From the NCBI GenBank assembly GCA_050692015.1, contig JBOGTE010000001.1, positions 1-52,092 of the forward strand: a DNA stretch of 52,092 bases, in the 5' to 3' direction. Origin of the DNA: Candidatus Limnocylindria bacterium (GTDB taxonomy: Bacteria > Chloroflexota > Limnocylindria > P2-11E). Below, one piece after another: positions 16,676-26,655 of this stretch. The notes under the pieces were generated by a model. The model saw nothing but the letters and a program-made list of their open reading frames with translations, was not told the origin of the DNA and searched no databases. The position numbers and the translations under genes were made by a program. Every line of letters begins with the position of its first letter. The first letter of the stretch is position 1.

Positions 16676-17134
16676 CTAGTGGGTGGCGGCGACCTCGTGT
16701 GCGTGTGACTCCGCCGCGCGGATGCGCTTCGTCAGCATCGGCAGGAGCTTGAGGGCGATCTCGGGGTGGCTCTCGAGGATCCCTCGGAAGTGCCACCGCG
16801 TGATCTGCAGGCAGGTGGTCGGCTCGAGCGCCCGGGCCGTAGCCGAGCGCGGGAACTCGTCGAGGAGCGCCATCTCCCCGAAGAACTGGCCGGGGCCGAG
16901 GTCGCGCATCTTCTCGGTGGCGCCGGCGTGCTCCTGCACGATCTCGACCTTGCCGGACCGGATGATGAACGCGCCCACGCCGCTGTCGCCCTGACGCACG
17001 ATCTCCTGGCCCGGTTCCCAGCGCTGCTCCACTGCGGCGTTCGAGATCTGCCCGAGCGCCTTGTCGTCCAGCTCGCTGAAGAGGCGGACCTTGCGGAGGA
17101 ACTCGATGTTGGGCTCGGCCATGTCGCGCGGCAT
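16676..17134 (-). CDS. Stand-alone cyclic-nucleotide-binding (cNMP) domain protein
   Basis: FLRKVRLFSELDD..G.EIVRQGDSGVGAFIIRSGKVEI...LGPGQFFGEMALLD..PRSATARA is the canonical CAP-effector domain with no HTH. It lies immediately upstream of the cyclase gene on the same strand. Confidence 0.85.
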   Translation of the reverse strand: MPRDMAEPNIEFLRKVRLFSELDDKALGQISNAAVEQRWEPGQEIVRQGDSGVGAFIIRSGKVEIVQEHAGATEKMRDLGPGQFFGEMALLDEFPRSATARALEPTTCLQITRWHFRGILESHPEIALKLLPMLTKRIRAAESHAHEVAATH

Positions 17135-17139
17135 GCTAA

Positions 17140-17149
17140 CCCGATCGGG
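17140..17149. promoter_or_regulatory. Perfect 10-bp palindrome CCCGATCGGG in the 32-bp divergent gap
   Basis: It is centred between the cNMP-binding gene (start 17134) and the GNAT gene (start 17167). Confidence 0.25.
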
Positions 17150-17166
17150 GATCAGACTGCGCGTCG

Positions 17167-18006
17167 ATGACCTTCCGGGTCGAGCCGGCCACCGACATCG
17201 CCGGCTGCGCCGCGACGGTCCCCATCCAGGAGGAGACCTGGAGCGGCGACGTGATCGTCCCGCCGCAGCTCCTGCTGGCCATCGCCCACAACGGCGGGTT
17301 CGTGGCCCTCGGCTATGCGGAGGGCGACGAGCGGCCGGCCGGCTTCGTCGCCGGGTTCCTGGGCATCCACGAGAGCCACTTCCGCCACCATTCCCACATG
17401 CTGGCGGTGCGGCCGCCGTACCGGCACACCGGCCTCGCGGTCCGGCTGAAGGAGGCGCAGCGTGACCACTGCCTCGACCAGGGGATCGAGACGATCGGCT
17501 GGACCATGGACCCGCTGGAGGCGCGGAACGCGCGGTTCAACTTCGCAAAGCTGGGTACGATCGCACGCACGTACCACCGGGACTTCTACGGCGCCATGCC
17601 GGACCGGCTGAACGAGGGGCTCCCCTCGGACCGCGTGTACGTCGAGTGGCGCATCGCCACCGACCGCGCGGACGCGAGGCTGCGCGGCGCGGAGGAGCTG
17701 CCGGCCCTCGAGGGAGCGGAGCGCGACGAGGTCCGCTACCTGCTGCGGGCCGCCGACGACCGGCCGGTGGCCGGCGACGGGCCGGCGGACGAGCCCTATC
17801 TCCTGGCCGAGATCCCGCATGACTTCCAGGAGCTGAAGCACCGCGACCGTGGCCTGGCCCTCGAGTGGCGGCTCGCGTTGCGCGGCGCGCTGGAGCCGGC
17901 GTTCGAGCGGGGCTACGCGGCCGTCGAGTTCCTGCGCGACGCGTCCGCGCGGCGAGGCGCCTACCTGCTCTTCAAGAGGCCCGCACAGCCCGGCGGTGCG
18001 CCATGA
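17167..18006 (+). CDS. GNAT-superfamily acyltransferase-like protein
   Basis: 279 aa. ..GFVAGFLG...HSHMLAVRPPYRHTGLAVRLKEAQRDHCLDQGIETIGWTMDPLEARNARFNFAKLG is a GNAT core. ATGA overlap with the downstream racemase/OSBS gene. Confidence 0.7.
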   Translation: MTFRVEPATDIAGCAATVPIQEETWSGDVIVPPQLLLAIAHNGGFVALGYAEGDERPAGFVAGFLGIHESHFRHHSHMLAVRPPYRHTGLAVRLKEAQRDHCLDQGIETIGWTMDPLEARNARFNFAKLGTIARTYHRDFYGAMPDRLNEGLPSDRVYVEWRIATDRADARLRGAEELPALEGAERDEVRYLLRAADDRPVAGDGPADEPYLLAEIPHDFQELKHRDRGLALEWRLALRGALEPAFERGYAAVEFLRDASARRGAYLLFKRPAQPGGAP

Positions 18007-19115
18007 GACTGGAGCGCGTCGAGCTGTTCCTGGTGAAGCTGCCTCTCAAGAGGCCGTACCAGACCAGCATGGCCACCGAGACCCACGGGACGCGCGTCCT
18101 GGTGCGGGTCGAGTCCGGCGGCGCCGTGGGCTGGGGCGAGAGCGTCGCGAACGAGGACCCCTGGTACTCGGGCGAGACCCCGACCACCGTGTGGCACCTG
18201 CTGGAGGACATCATCGCGCCGCGTCTCCTCGCGGGAGAGATCGCGCACCCGCGCGACGTCAGGCTCGCGCTCGCGACGGTCCGCGAGAACCCCATGGCCA
18301 AGGCGGCGATCGAGATGGCCATCTGGGACGCCGCGGCGAAGCAGGCCGGCGTGCCGCTGGCCGGGCTCCTCGGCGGGACGCGCGACCGGATCCTGTGCGG
18401 GGTCGCGATCGGCCTGCAGCCAGACCTGGACGTCCTTATGGAGCGGATCGACGAGGAGCTGGCGGCCGGCTACCAGCGCGTGAAGCTCAAGATCAAGCCC
18501 GGACAGGACGTCGCCATCGCCGAGGCCGTCCGGAAGCGCTACCCGGACCTGCCCTTCATGCTGGACGCCAACTCCGCGTACGAGCTCGACCAGGCCGCGG
18601 TCTTCGAGCGCATCGACGCGACGCGGCCCACCATGATCGAGCAGCCGCTCGCTCACGACGACATGATCGACCACGCCGAGCTCCAGAAGCGCATCGAGAC
18701 GCCCATCTGCCTGGACGAGTCCATCCGCCACGGCGAGGACGCCCGCAAGGCCATCGCCATCGGCGCGACCAGGGTCGTGAACGTCAAGTCCGGACGGGTC
18801 GGCGGGCTGGCCGAGGCGGTGCGGGTGCACGACGTCTGCCGCGACCGCGGCGTCCCGGTGTGGTGCGGCGGCATGCTCGAGATGGGCATCGGCCGAGCGC
18901 ACAACGTCCACCTCGCCTCGCTCCCCAACTTCAGCCTGCCGGGAGACGTGGCCGCTTCCAAGCGCTACTTCGACCGCGAGATCGTCGGCGAGCCCTTCGA
19001 GGTCGAGGCGGACGGGACCATGCGAGTGCCCACCGGGCCGGGGATCGGCGTCACGGTGCTGGAGGACGAGATCCGGAAGATGGCGCTCCGGACCTCGGCG
19101 GTCCGCCCGGCCTAG
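18003..19115 (+). CDS. Enolase-superfamily o-succinylbenzoate synthase / N-acylamino acid racemase
   Basis: MRLERVELFLVKLPLKRPY...AKAAIEMAIWD..YQRVKLKIKPG..FMLDANSAY..IEQPL..DESI..VNVKSGRVGG..GGMLE has the KxK, D-E-D metal ligands and Lys of the MLE/OSBS subgroup. Confidence 0.9.
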   Translation: MRLERVELFLVKLPLKRPYQTSMATETHGTRVLVRVESGGAVGWGESVANEDPWYSGETPTTVWHLLEDIIAPRLLAGEIAHPRDVRLALATVRENPMAKAAIEMAIWDAAAKQAGVPLAGLLGGTRDRILCGVAIGLQPDLDVLMERIDEELAAGYQRVKLKIKPGQDVAIAEAVRKRYPDLPFMLDANSAYELDQAAVFERIDATRPTMIEQPLAHDDMIDHAELQKRIETPICLDESIRHGEDARKAIAIGATRVVNVKSGRVGGLAEAVRVHDVCRDRGVPVWCGGMLEMGIGRAHNVHLASLPNFSLPGDVAASKRYFDREIVGEPFEVEADGTMRVPTGPGIGVTVLEDEIRKMALRTSAVRPA

Positions 19116-19594
19116 CGGCTGGCGCGCTTCGGCTCGGCCTCCACCTTGAGCCCCGCCGGCCACACCACGACCTCGTCGATGACCGTCCCGAAGGCGTCCA
19201 CCAGCCGCACGTAGTCGCCCCTCTGCCACAGGAGTCGCGCCGCGCCGACCGGCCCGGCGGCGTAGACGTGCTTGCGGCCGGGGGTGAGGTCGTCCCCCAG
19301 AGGGTGCATCGCCGCGCGGATGACCGAGCCCGAGTGGATGCGGTACACCTCGCCGGCCGTGGCGAAGTGGGGCGCCCCGAACGTGTAGACCCACTCCCAC
19401 TCGACGGGCCTGGCCACCTCCGGCTTCCAGAGCGCGCGGACGTGCTGGAGGCGCCAGTTGGCGAGGTCGCTGTTCAGCTCGACGCGGACCTCCACCCACT
19501 CGGCGTTGGCGTCGTCAAGGGAGGTCCCCGGGGGCGCCGGCCGGATCGTGAGGATGCGGGCCTTGGTCGCTTCGACCGGTCGGAAGTCGGCCAC
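19112..19594 (-). CDS. Cytoplasmic lamin-tail-domain (LTD)-like beta-sandwich protein
   Basis: ILTIRPAPPG..DDANAEWVEVRVELNSDLANWRLQH...VYTFGAP.FATAGEVYRIHSG...LLWQRGDYVRLVDAFGTVIDEVVV follows the LTD pattern (EWVEL.N...L.GW.L....YTF....L..G....V.SG....WNN.GD.V.L.D..G..VD). No signal peptide. It starts 15 nt downstream of katG. Confidence 0.5.
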   Translation of the reverse strand: MADFRPVEATKARILTIRPAPPGTSLDDANAEWVEVRVELNSDLANWRLQHVRALWKPEVARPVEWEWVYTFGAPHFATAGEVYRIHSGSVIRAAMHPLGDDLTPGRKHVYAAGPVGAARLLWQRGDYVRLVDAFGTVIDEVVVWPAGLKVEAEPKRASR

Positions 19595-19609
19595 CGTTCC
19601 GCTCAGGCC

Positions 19610-21892
<2,283 letters not shown>

Positions 21893-21908
21893 CTAGCATT
21901 CCCCCGCC

Positions 21909-22679
21909 GTGTCTCGCGAGATCACCGTCACCCTCACCGATCAGGGGCGTGCGCTCCTCGCGGAGGCGGCAGGCACGTTCATGTTCATCTCGATCGGCGC
22001 CGGCGCCGTCGTGGCGCACGAGATGACCGGCGGGCTGGTCGGGCTGGTGGGGATCGCTCTAGCCAGCGGCCTCGCGCTGGCCGTGGCCGTCTCCACCTTC
22101 GGCGCGATCTCGGGCGCGCATTTCAATCCCGCGGTGACGTTCGGGCTCTGGGTGGCCGGCAAGCACCCTCGCGACCGGGTGCTGACCTACTGGGCGGCAC
22201 AGATCGCGGGCGCGCTCGCGGCCGGCATCTTCCTCCGGATCGCCTTCGGCCACGCACAGCAGACGGGGAGCGTCGCTCTCTTCGGCACGCCGGGCCTCGC
22301 GCCGGGACTCGACCCCCTGACGGCGGTATTCATCGAGCTCGTGCTGACCGTGTTCCTGCTCTGGGCCGTCTTCGGGACGGCGGTGTCGCCGAACGCGCCG
22401 CGGATCGCCGGCTTCGGCATCGGCCTCGTCTACAGCGCCGACATCCTCATCGGCGGGCCGCTCACCGGCGCCGCCATGAATCCGGCCCGCTGGATCGGAC
22501 CCGCCGCGGCCGCCGGCCACTTCGACGACTGGTACGTCTACTGGACCGGTCCATTGCTCGGCGGCGCGCTCGCCGGCCTCTCCTACAAGTACTTCTTCGC
22601 GTCGGAGGTCGAGCGCGAGCCCATCGTCGTCGCCGCTCCCGAGGTGCCGCCGGACAAGGAGCGCACGCAGCGGATCTGA
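21909..22679 (+). CDS. MIP-family channel (aquaporin/glycerol-facilitator-like)
   Basis: Two NPA boxes (SGAHFNPAVTF and GAAMNPARW), 6 TM helices, GTG start. It is divergent from katG across a 76-bp gap. Confidence 0.93.
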   Translation: MSREITVTLTDQGRALLAEAAGTFMFISIGAGAVVAHEMTGGLVGLVGIALASGLALAVAVSTFGAISGAHFNPAVTFGLWVAGKHPRDRVLTYWAAQIAGALAAGIFLRIAFGHAQQTGSVALFGTPGLAPGLDPLTAVFIELVLTVFLLWAVFGTAVSPNAPRIAGFGIGLVYSADILIGGPLTGAAMNPARWIGPAAAAGHFDDWYVYWTGPLLGGALAGLSYKYFFASEVEREPIVVAAPEVPPDKERTQRI

Positions 22680-22680
22680 C

Positions 22681-23043
22681 CTAGCGGCACTCCCCGTCGC
22701 AGACGTGGACCACGCCCTTCATGTCCGGGTGCACCCCGCAGTGGTAGGAGAAGGTCCCCGGCTCATCGAACGCCAGGGTGACGCTCTCGCCGGGGTTCGC
22801 CGCGACGTCGAACAGCCGGGTGGCGCCGTCCGACGTCACCGTGTGGAAGACGTCGCCGTCGTTCGTGAACGTGACCGTCGTACCCGAGGCCACCCGGATC
22901 TCCCTCGGGTCGTAGCCCCACTCCGACTCCGGCCGGCCGACGATGTCGAAGATGCGGACCTGGTCGGTCATGACGGCCGCACCTCCGCCACCTGTGCAGG
23001 ACAGCACTGCGGAGAGGGCGACGAGAAGGATGCGAGATCTCAC
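22681..23043 (-). CDS. Cupredoxin (plastocyanin/amicyanin-like blue copper) lipoprotein
   Basis: VRSRILLVALSAVLSC lipobox, VTFTNDGDVFHTV, and YHCGVHPDMKG (His...Cys-x2-His-x2-Met type-1 Cu ligands). I take the GTG at 23043 as the start. Confidence 0.8.
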   Translation of the reverse strand: MRSRILLVALSAVLSCTGGGGAAVMTDQVRIFDIVGRPESEWGYDPREIRVASGTTVTFTNDGDVFHTVTSDGATRLFDVAANPGESVTLAFDEPGTFSYHCGVHPDMKGVVHVCDGECR

Positions 23044-23100
23044 TGCGGGCTCTACGAGCGAGGGCCGCGACCGGTTCACACCGCGCTTACGCTGGGGACC

Positions 23101-23532
23101 GTGACCCCGCTTGTCCGTACCTGCGTCGCGGTGCTCATCGTCGCGGTCGCGTGCACCGCCGAAGGCGCGGGAGGAAGCAAGCGGGCCGACCCAACGGCCA
23201 GCGTGTCCCAGGCCGCCACGGCCGCTCCAGCCACGGCGACGCGTCCAACGGGGACCTCCGACAGCCGGGAGGCGACGGTCGAGATGGGCGAACACTTCTT
23301 CTCCCCATCAACGCTCGTGGTCAAGGTCGGCACGACGGTCACCTGGCAGCTTTTCGGCAGCCATGTCCATGACGTCATCGCCTTCGACGGGTCCTTCCGG
23401 TCGCGGGAGATGGGACCTGGCGACCGCTTCTCGCACACCTTCACGGCGCCGGGCCGCTATCCCTACTTCTGCGCCCCCCACGTCGGCGATGGGATGGAGG
23501 GCGTGGTCATCGTCGAGGAGGCCGACCGCTGA
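23101..23532 (+). CDS. Cupredoxin (plastocyanin-like blue copper) lipoprotein
   Basis: VTPLVRTCVAVLIVAVAC lipobox, a low-complexity linker, VTWQLFGSHVHDV, and YFCAPHVGDGMEG. I take the GTG at 23101 as the start. Confidence 0.8.
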   Translation: MTPLVRTCVAVLIVAVACTAEGAGGSKRADPTASVSQAATAAPATATRPTGTSDSREATVEMGEHFFSPSTLVVKVGTTVTWQLFGSHVHDVIAFDGSFRSREMGPGDRFSHTFTAPGRYPYFCAPHVGDGMEGVVIVEEADR

Positions 23533-23544
23533 CGAGAATGGCTG

Positions 23545-23572
23545 TGAGCCGTCCGAGACACCATTTGAACCA
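23545..23572. repeat. Degenerate copy of the tRNA-Lys 3' end (GTGAGCC....ATTTGAACC vs GTGAGCC..ATTCGAACC)
   Basis: gtgagccgtccgagacaccatttgaacc compared with gtgagcctgccgggattcgaaccc at 24901-24924. It lies at the GC-content break that bounds the low-GC islet. The match is weak. Confidence 0.2.
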
Positions 23573-23719
23573 CAGAAAGCCGAAAACCCGATCAGGGAGC
23601 CTCTTGGACCTTCTCATTACCCACGACGACGAGCTGCATAGGCTGGCTGACCTTATGTCAGGCGACACCCCGATCGATGGCGAGAAGGAGAACTGAAGTC
23701 TAGGAGGCCTGTCGCGCGA

Positions 23720-24643
23720 TCAAGGCGCCACTTCCAACATGATCTTCCCGCGACGATGCGGCGCACCAGCGAGCATTTCATGCGCCGTGCGAGCCTGTTC
23801 CAACGGCACCACAGACCCGACTTGTGCAATGACCTTGCTACCTTCGAGCACGCCTGAAATGGCGCTGAGCCTGGCCGTGGTGACTTCGGCATAAAAGAAG
23901 GTTGACCGAACATCAGAACGAGGGGACACGAACTCGCTGGAGACAACCGTCACCAGGATTCCGCCCGGTTTCAGAACGCCAAACGCGCGATCGCGGGTTT
24001 CGCCGCCAACCGTATCGATGACTACGTCCACGGAACGTGCAGCATCCGCGTGATCGGCGAGTCGATAGTCGATCACATCGGTCGCTCCAAGACTTCGAAC
24101 ATGATCAACATCCTTCGATCCAACAACTGCGATGACATTCAAGCCGGCGTTCTCAGCGAACTGGACCGCGTAGCCACCAACGTTTCCTGCCGCTCCGAGG
24201 ATCATGACCCTTTGACCCGGTTCGGGATGCGCATGCTCAAAGAGCATCTGCCACGCCGTGACCGCCACGACCGGGACCGAAGCGGCTTCTAGACTGCTTA
24301 GCCGCTGTGGCTTCGGAGCGATCATCTCTGCGGACGCAACCGCAAACTGCGCATTGGCTCCAACGAACTGACTATTCGTCACGCCGTACACCTCATCGCC
24401 GCTCTTGAATTGACTGACGCCTGCGCCGACTGCTTCCACTACGCCAGACAGGTCGGAGCCGAGCGTGAGCGGCGGTGCTGGGCTGACTTTGCTCTTACCC
24501 TCTCGGATCACGGCGTCCCACGGCCCGACACCCGCCGCTGCGACTCGCACTAGAACCTCTCCCGTCGCTGGCCTTGGCAGCGGTATGTCCTCGATCTCGA
24601 TCACGTCTGGCGAACCAAAACGGTGGATACGGGCGGCTTTCAT
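23720..24643 (-). CDS. NADPH:quinone oxidoreductase / zeta-crystallin-like medium-chain dehydrogenase
   Basis: MKAARIHRFGSPDVIEIEDIPLPRP..GEVLVRV.AAGV.PWD...REG and the nucleotide-binding site ILGAAGNVGGYAVQFA. GC content is visibly lower than in neighbouring genes. Confidence 0.85.
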   Translation of the reverse strand: MKAARIHRFGSPDVIEIEDIPLPRPATGEVLVRVAAAGVGPWDAVIREGKSKVSPAPPLTLGSDLSGVVEAVGAGVSQFKSGDEVYGVTNSQFVGANAQFAVASAEMIAPKPQRLSSLEAASVPVVAVTAWQMLFEHAHPEPGQRVMILGAAGNVGGYAVQFAENAGLNVIAVVGSKDVDHVRSLGATDVIDYRLADHADAARSVDVVIDTVGGETRDRAFGVLKPGGILVTVVSSEFVSPRSDVRSTFFYAEVTTARLSAISGVLEGSKVIAQVGSVVPLEQARTAHEMLAGAPHRRGKIMLEVAP

Positions 24644-24725
24644 CGCTCAACGCTATCGCGCTCTGCGGCCGAGGACGCTGGTCTGCTCCAGGTGGTCATG
24701 TCGGTCCGGAGAACCTTCGACTTGT

Positions 24726-24812
24726 CATGACCTCGCGCCAGAGGGGATCGCCGAGCTTGTCGCTGAGGGCTTCAGCGACAAGGAGATCGCCACACACAGT
24801 GAGGCATCGTAA
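24726..24812 (+). pseudogene. LuxR-type HTH fragment
   Basis: HDLAPEGIAELVAEGFSDKEIATHSEAS* resembles LTPRE.EVL.LVAEG.SNKEIA..L.IS but is degenerate, has no N-terminal domain, and stops inside the HTH. Confidence 0.45.
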
Positions 24813-24901
24813 TGAGCAAGGATCGCGGCGCCGGCGGTAAGAACTTAGCGACGGTCGCTTCGAACGACGTCACCATCGCCTAGAGCAGCCAAGCAAGCCA
24901 G

Positions 24902-24973
24902 TGAGCCTGCCGGGATTCGAACCCGGGACCAAAGGATTAAAAGTCCCCTGCTCTTCCGCTGAGCTACAGGCCC
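24902..24973 (-). tRNA. tRNA-Lys (anticodon UUU)
   Basis: The reverse complement GGGCCTGTAGCTCAGCGGAAGAGCAGGGGACTTTTAATCCTTTGGTCCCGGGTTCGAATCCCGGCAGGCTCA folds as a cloverleaf: 7-bp acceptor stem, GCTC/GAGC D-stem, anticodon loop CTTTTAA, and T-arm CCGGG-TTCGAAT-CCCGG. CCA is not encoded. Confidence 0.9.
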
Positions 24974-25003
24974 TAAGAAGCCCGTCAAGTGTAGTTTCGA
25001 CGT

Positions 25004-25798
25004 ATGCGCACGGCGCTCATCCTCGCGCTCTCCACGCTCCTGCTCGGGCTCTTCGTGGGGGTCCAGTGGCAGACGCAGGCGCTGCGGTCGCCCATCGCCA
25101 CCCGGTACAGCGCCGACCTCGCCGACGCCGCCGCGCAGATGCAGCGCGAGCAGGAAGGCCTGCGCGAGGAGCTCGCGGCGCTGCGTGCCGAGCTCGACGC
25201 CATCCAGGAGCAGGCCGGCGGCCTCGACGAGAGCGCCGCGGCTCTCAAGTCGCGGATCGACGACCTAGGCGACGCCGCGGGACTCCGGCCGCTGGCGGGC
25301 GAGGGCGTCGTGATCACGCTCGACGACGGCCGCCTGCCCGCGTCCGCGCCGCGCAGGTCGATCGAGCTCGCGATCGTCCACAGCCAGGACATCACCGACG
25401 TGTTCAACGCGGCCTGGAAGGCCGGGGCGGTGGGCATCTCCGTGAACGGCGAGCGCGTGACCTCCGCGACCGCGTGCGTGGGCGCGACGATCCGCGTCAA
25501 CGGGCGGCTGATGTCACCGCCGTTCCACATCAGCGTGGTCGGGCCCGCCCACGAGCTGCTCCAGGGGCTGCGCGACCCGGCGACTCTCGGCGACCTCAAG
25601 CGCCGGAGGGAGCTCTACGGGCTGTGGCTCGCCATCGACCACGCGCCGCAGGTCGAGCTGCCGGCGTACGCGGGCCCCATCCCGGTTCGCCACGCGGTCC
25701 CGCTGGAGGACGCCGGCGGGAGGCCGCAGACCCCGCACACTGGAGAGGCGGCTCTGCCGCTTTCCCCTAGACGCCCCGGAGCAGCTCCGAGATCGTGA
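25004..25798 (+). CDS. DUF881-family membrane-anchored protein
   Basis: N-terminal TM helix, a coiled coil, then GVVITLDD....IVHSQDITDVFNAAWKAGAVGISVNGERV.S.T.C.VGATIRVNG....PPFHISVVG, which is the DUF881 pattern. Confidence 0.7.
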   Translation: MRTALILALSTLLLGLFVGVQWQTQALRSPIATRYSADLADAAAQMQREQEGLREELAALRAELDAIQEQAGGLDESAAALKSRIDDLGDAAGLRPLAGEGVVITLDDGRLPASAPRRSIELAIVHSQDITDVFNAAWKAGAVGISVNGERVTSATACVGATIRVNGRLMSPPFHISVVGPAHELLQGLRDPATLGDLKRRRELYGLWLAIDHAPQVELPAYAGPIPVRHAVPLEDAGGRPQTPHTGEAALPLSPRRPGAAPRS

Positions 25799-26024
25799 CG
25801 TCGAGGCGGCGCGCGAAGTGGGCCAGCGCCGCCAGGGACGGCGCGACCCGGCCGGTCTCCATCTTCCAGACGTACTGACGCTGGAAGTAGACGCGCCCGC
25901 GGCGGTCGGCGCCCAGCTCGGCCATGGTCAGCTTCCTCTTCGTGCGCAGCGCCCGGATCCTCTTCCCCGCCATCCGCAGCAGCTTCGCTTCGCCCGGCAC
26001 GTCGGGGTTGACGCGCGCCGGCAT
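25767..26024 (-). CDS. XRE-family helix-turn-helix transcriptional regulator
   Basis: AGKRIRALRTKRKLTMAELGA......VWKMETGRVAPSLAALAHFARRLDVTISELL. Its ATG overlaps the upstream stop (TGATG). Confidence 0.75.
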   Translation of the reverse strand: MPARVNPDVPGEAKLLRMAGKRIRALRTKRKLTMAELGADRRGRVYFQRQYVWKMETGRVAPSLAALAHFARRLDVTISELLRGV

Positions 26025-26653
26025 CAGGCCGCCAGGCCCCGGGCGACGAAGGCCACGATGGCGTCCACCACCTCGGGCCCGTAGGGCGCGGCGAGCATGC
26101 CGCGCGAGTGCTCCTTGCCGCCGAAGAAGAGGAGCTGTTTGGGCGGCCGCAGGGCCTTGAAGCTGGCGAGGACGTTCGGCGCCGCGCCCAGCGTGTCGCC
26201 GATGGCGCAGACGTAGAGCTTGCGGCCGCGCACGTGCGCGCTCATCTCGTCCGGCACGGCTTTCACCGGAGCCGAGATCGTGGAGACGCACTCGACATCC
26301 TCTTCGAGCGCGGCTCCGAGCACGGCGCTGCCCCCCAGCGACGCGCCGACGAGCGCGACCTCGGGGACGCCGCGCTCGCGCAGCAGCGCCACCGCGGCCT
26401 TGACGTCGGTCACGGGCGACCAGGGCTTGCCCGCGACGTAGCGCCCGGTCTTGCCGGCCGAGCCGTCGAAGCCGCGAAGGTTCAGCGCGAGCGCCGGGAC
26501 GCCGCGCTCGACGAACCGCGGCGCGACGTCGCGCCAGCCGAGCGCGTCCCAGCTCGAGCCGTGTACCAGCACGACGGCACGCTTCGACGGCAGCTTGCCG
26601 TAGAGGTCCGCCTTGAGCGTGAACTGCCCGCTCTGGATGTCGAGGGTCGGCAC
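26024..26653 (-). CDS. Alpha/beta-hydrolase (dienelactone-hydrolase-like)
   Basis: AVVLVHGSSWD...VALVGASLGGSAVL (GxSxG nucleophile elbow)...FFGGKEHS. I take the GTG at 26653 as the start, 3 nt after the upstream stop. Confidence 0.65.
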   Translation of the reverse strand: MPTLDIQSGQFTLKADLYGKLPSKRAVVLVHGSSWDALGWRDVAPRFVERGVPALALNLRGFDGSAGKTGRYVAGKPWSPVTDVKAAVALLRERGVPEVALVGASLGGSAVLGAALEEDVECVSTISAPVKAVPDEMSAHVRGRKLYVCAIGDTLGAAPNVLASFKALRPPKQLLFFGGKEHSRGMLAAPYGPEVVDAIVAFVARGLAA

Positions 26654-26655
26654 GA

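Noticed and set aside
23538-23696. 52-codon ORF (MAVSRPRHHLNHRKPKTRSGSLLDLLITHDDELHRLADLMSGDTPIDGEKEN) in the low-GC spacer
   Set aside because: It has no ribosome-binding site and no recognisable domain, and it overlaps the putative degenerate tRNA-end repeat. It is more likely non-coding relic DNA.
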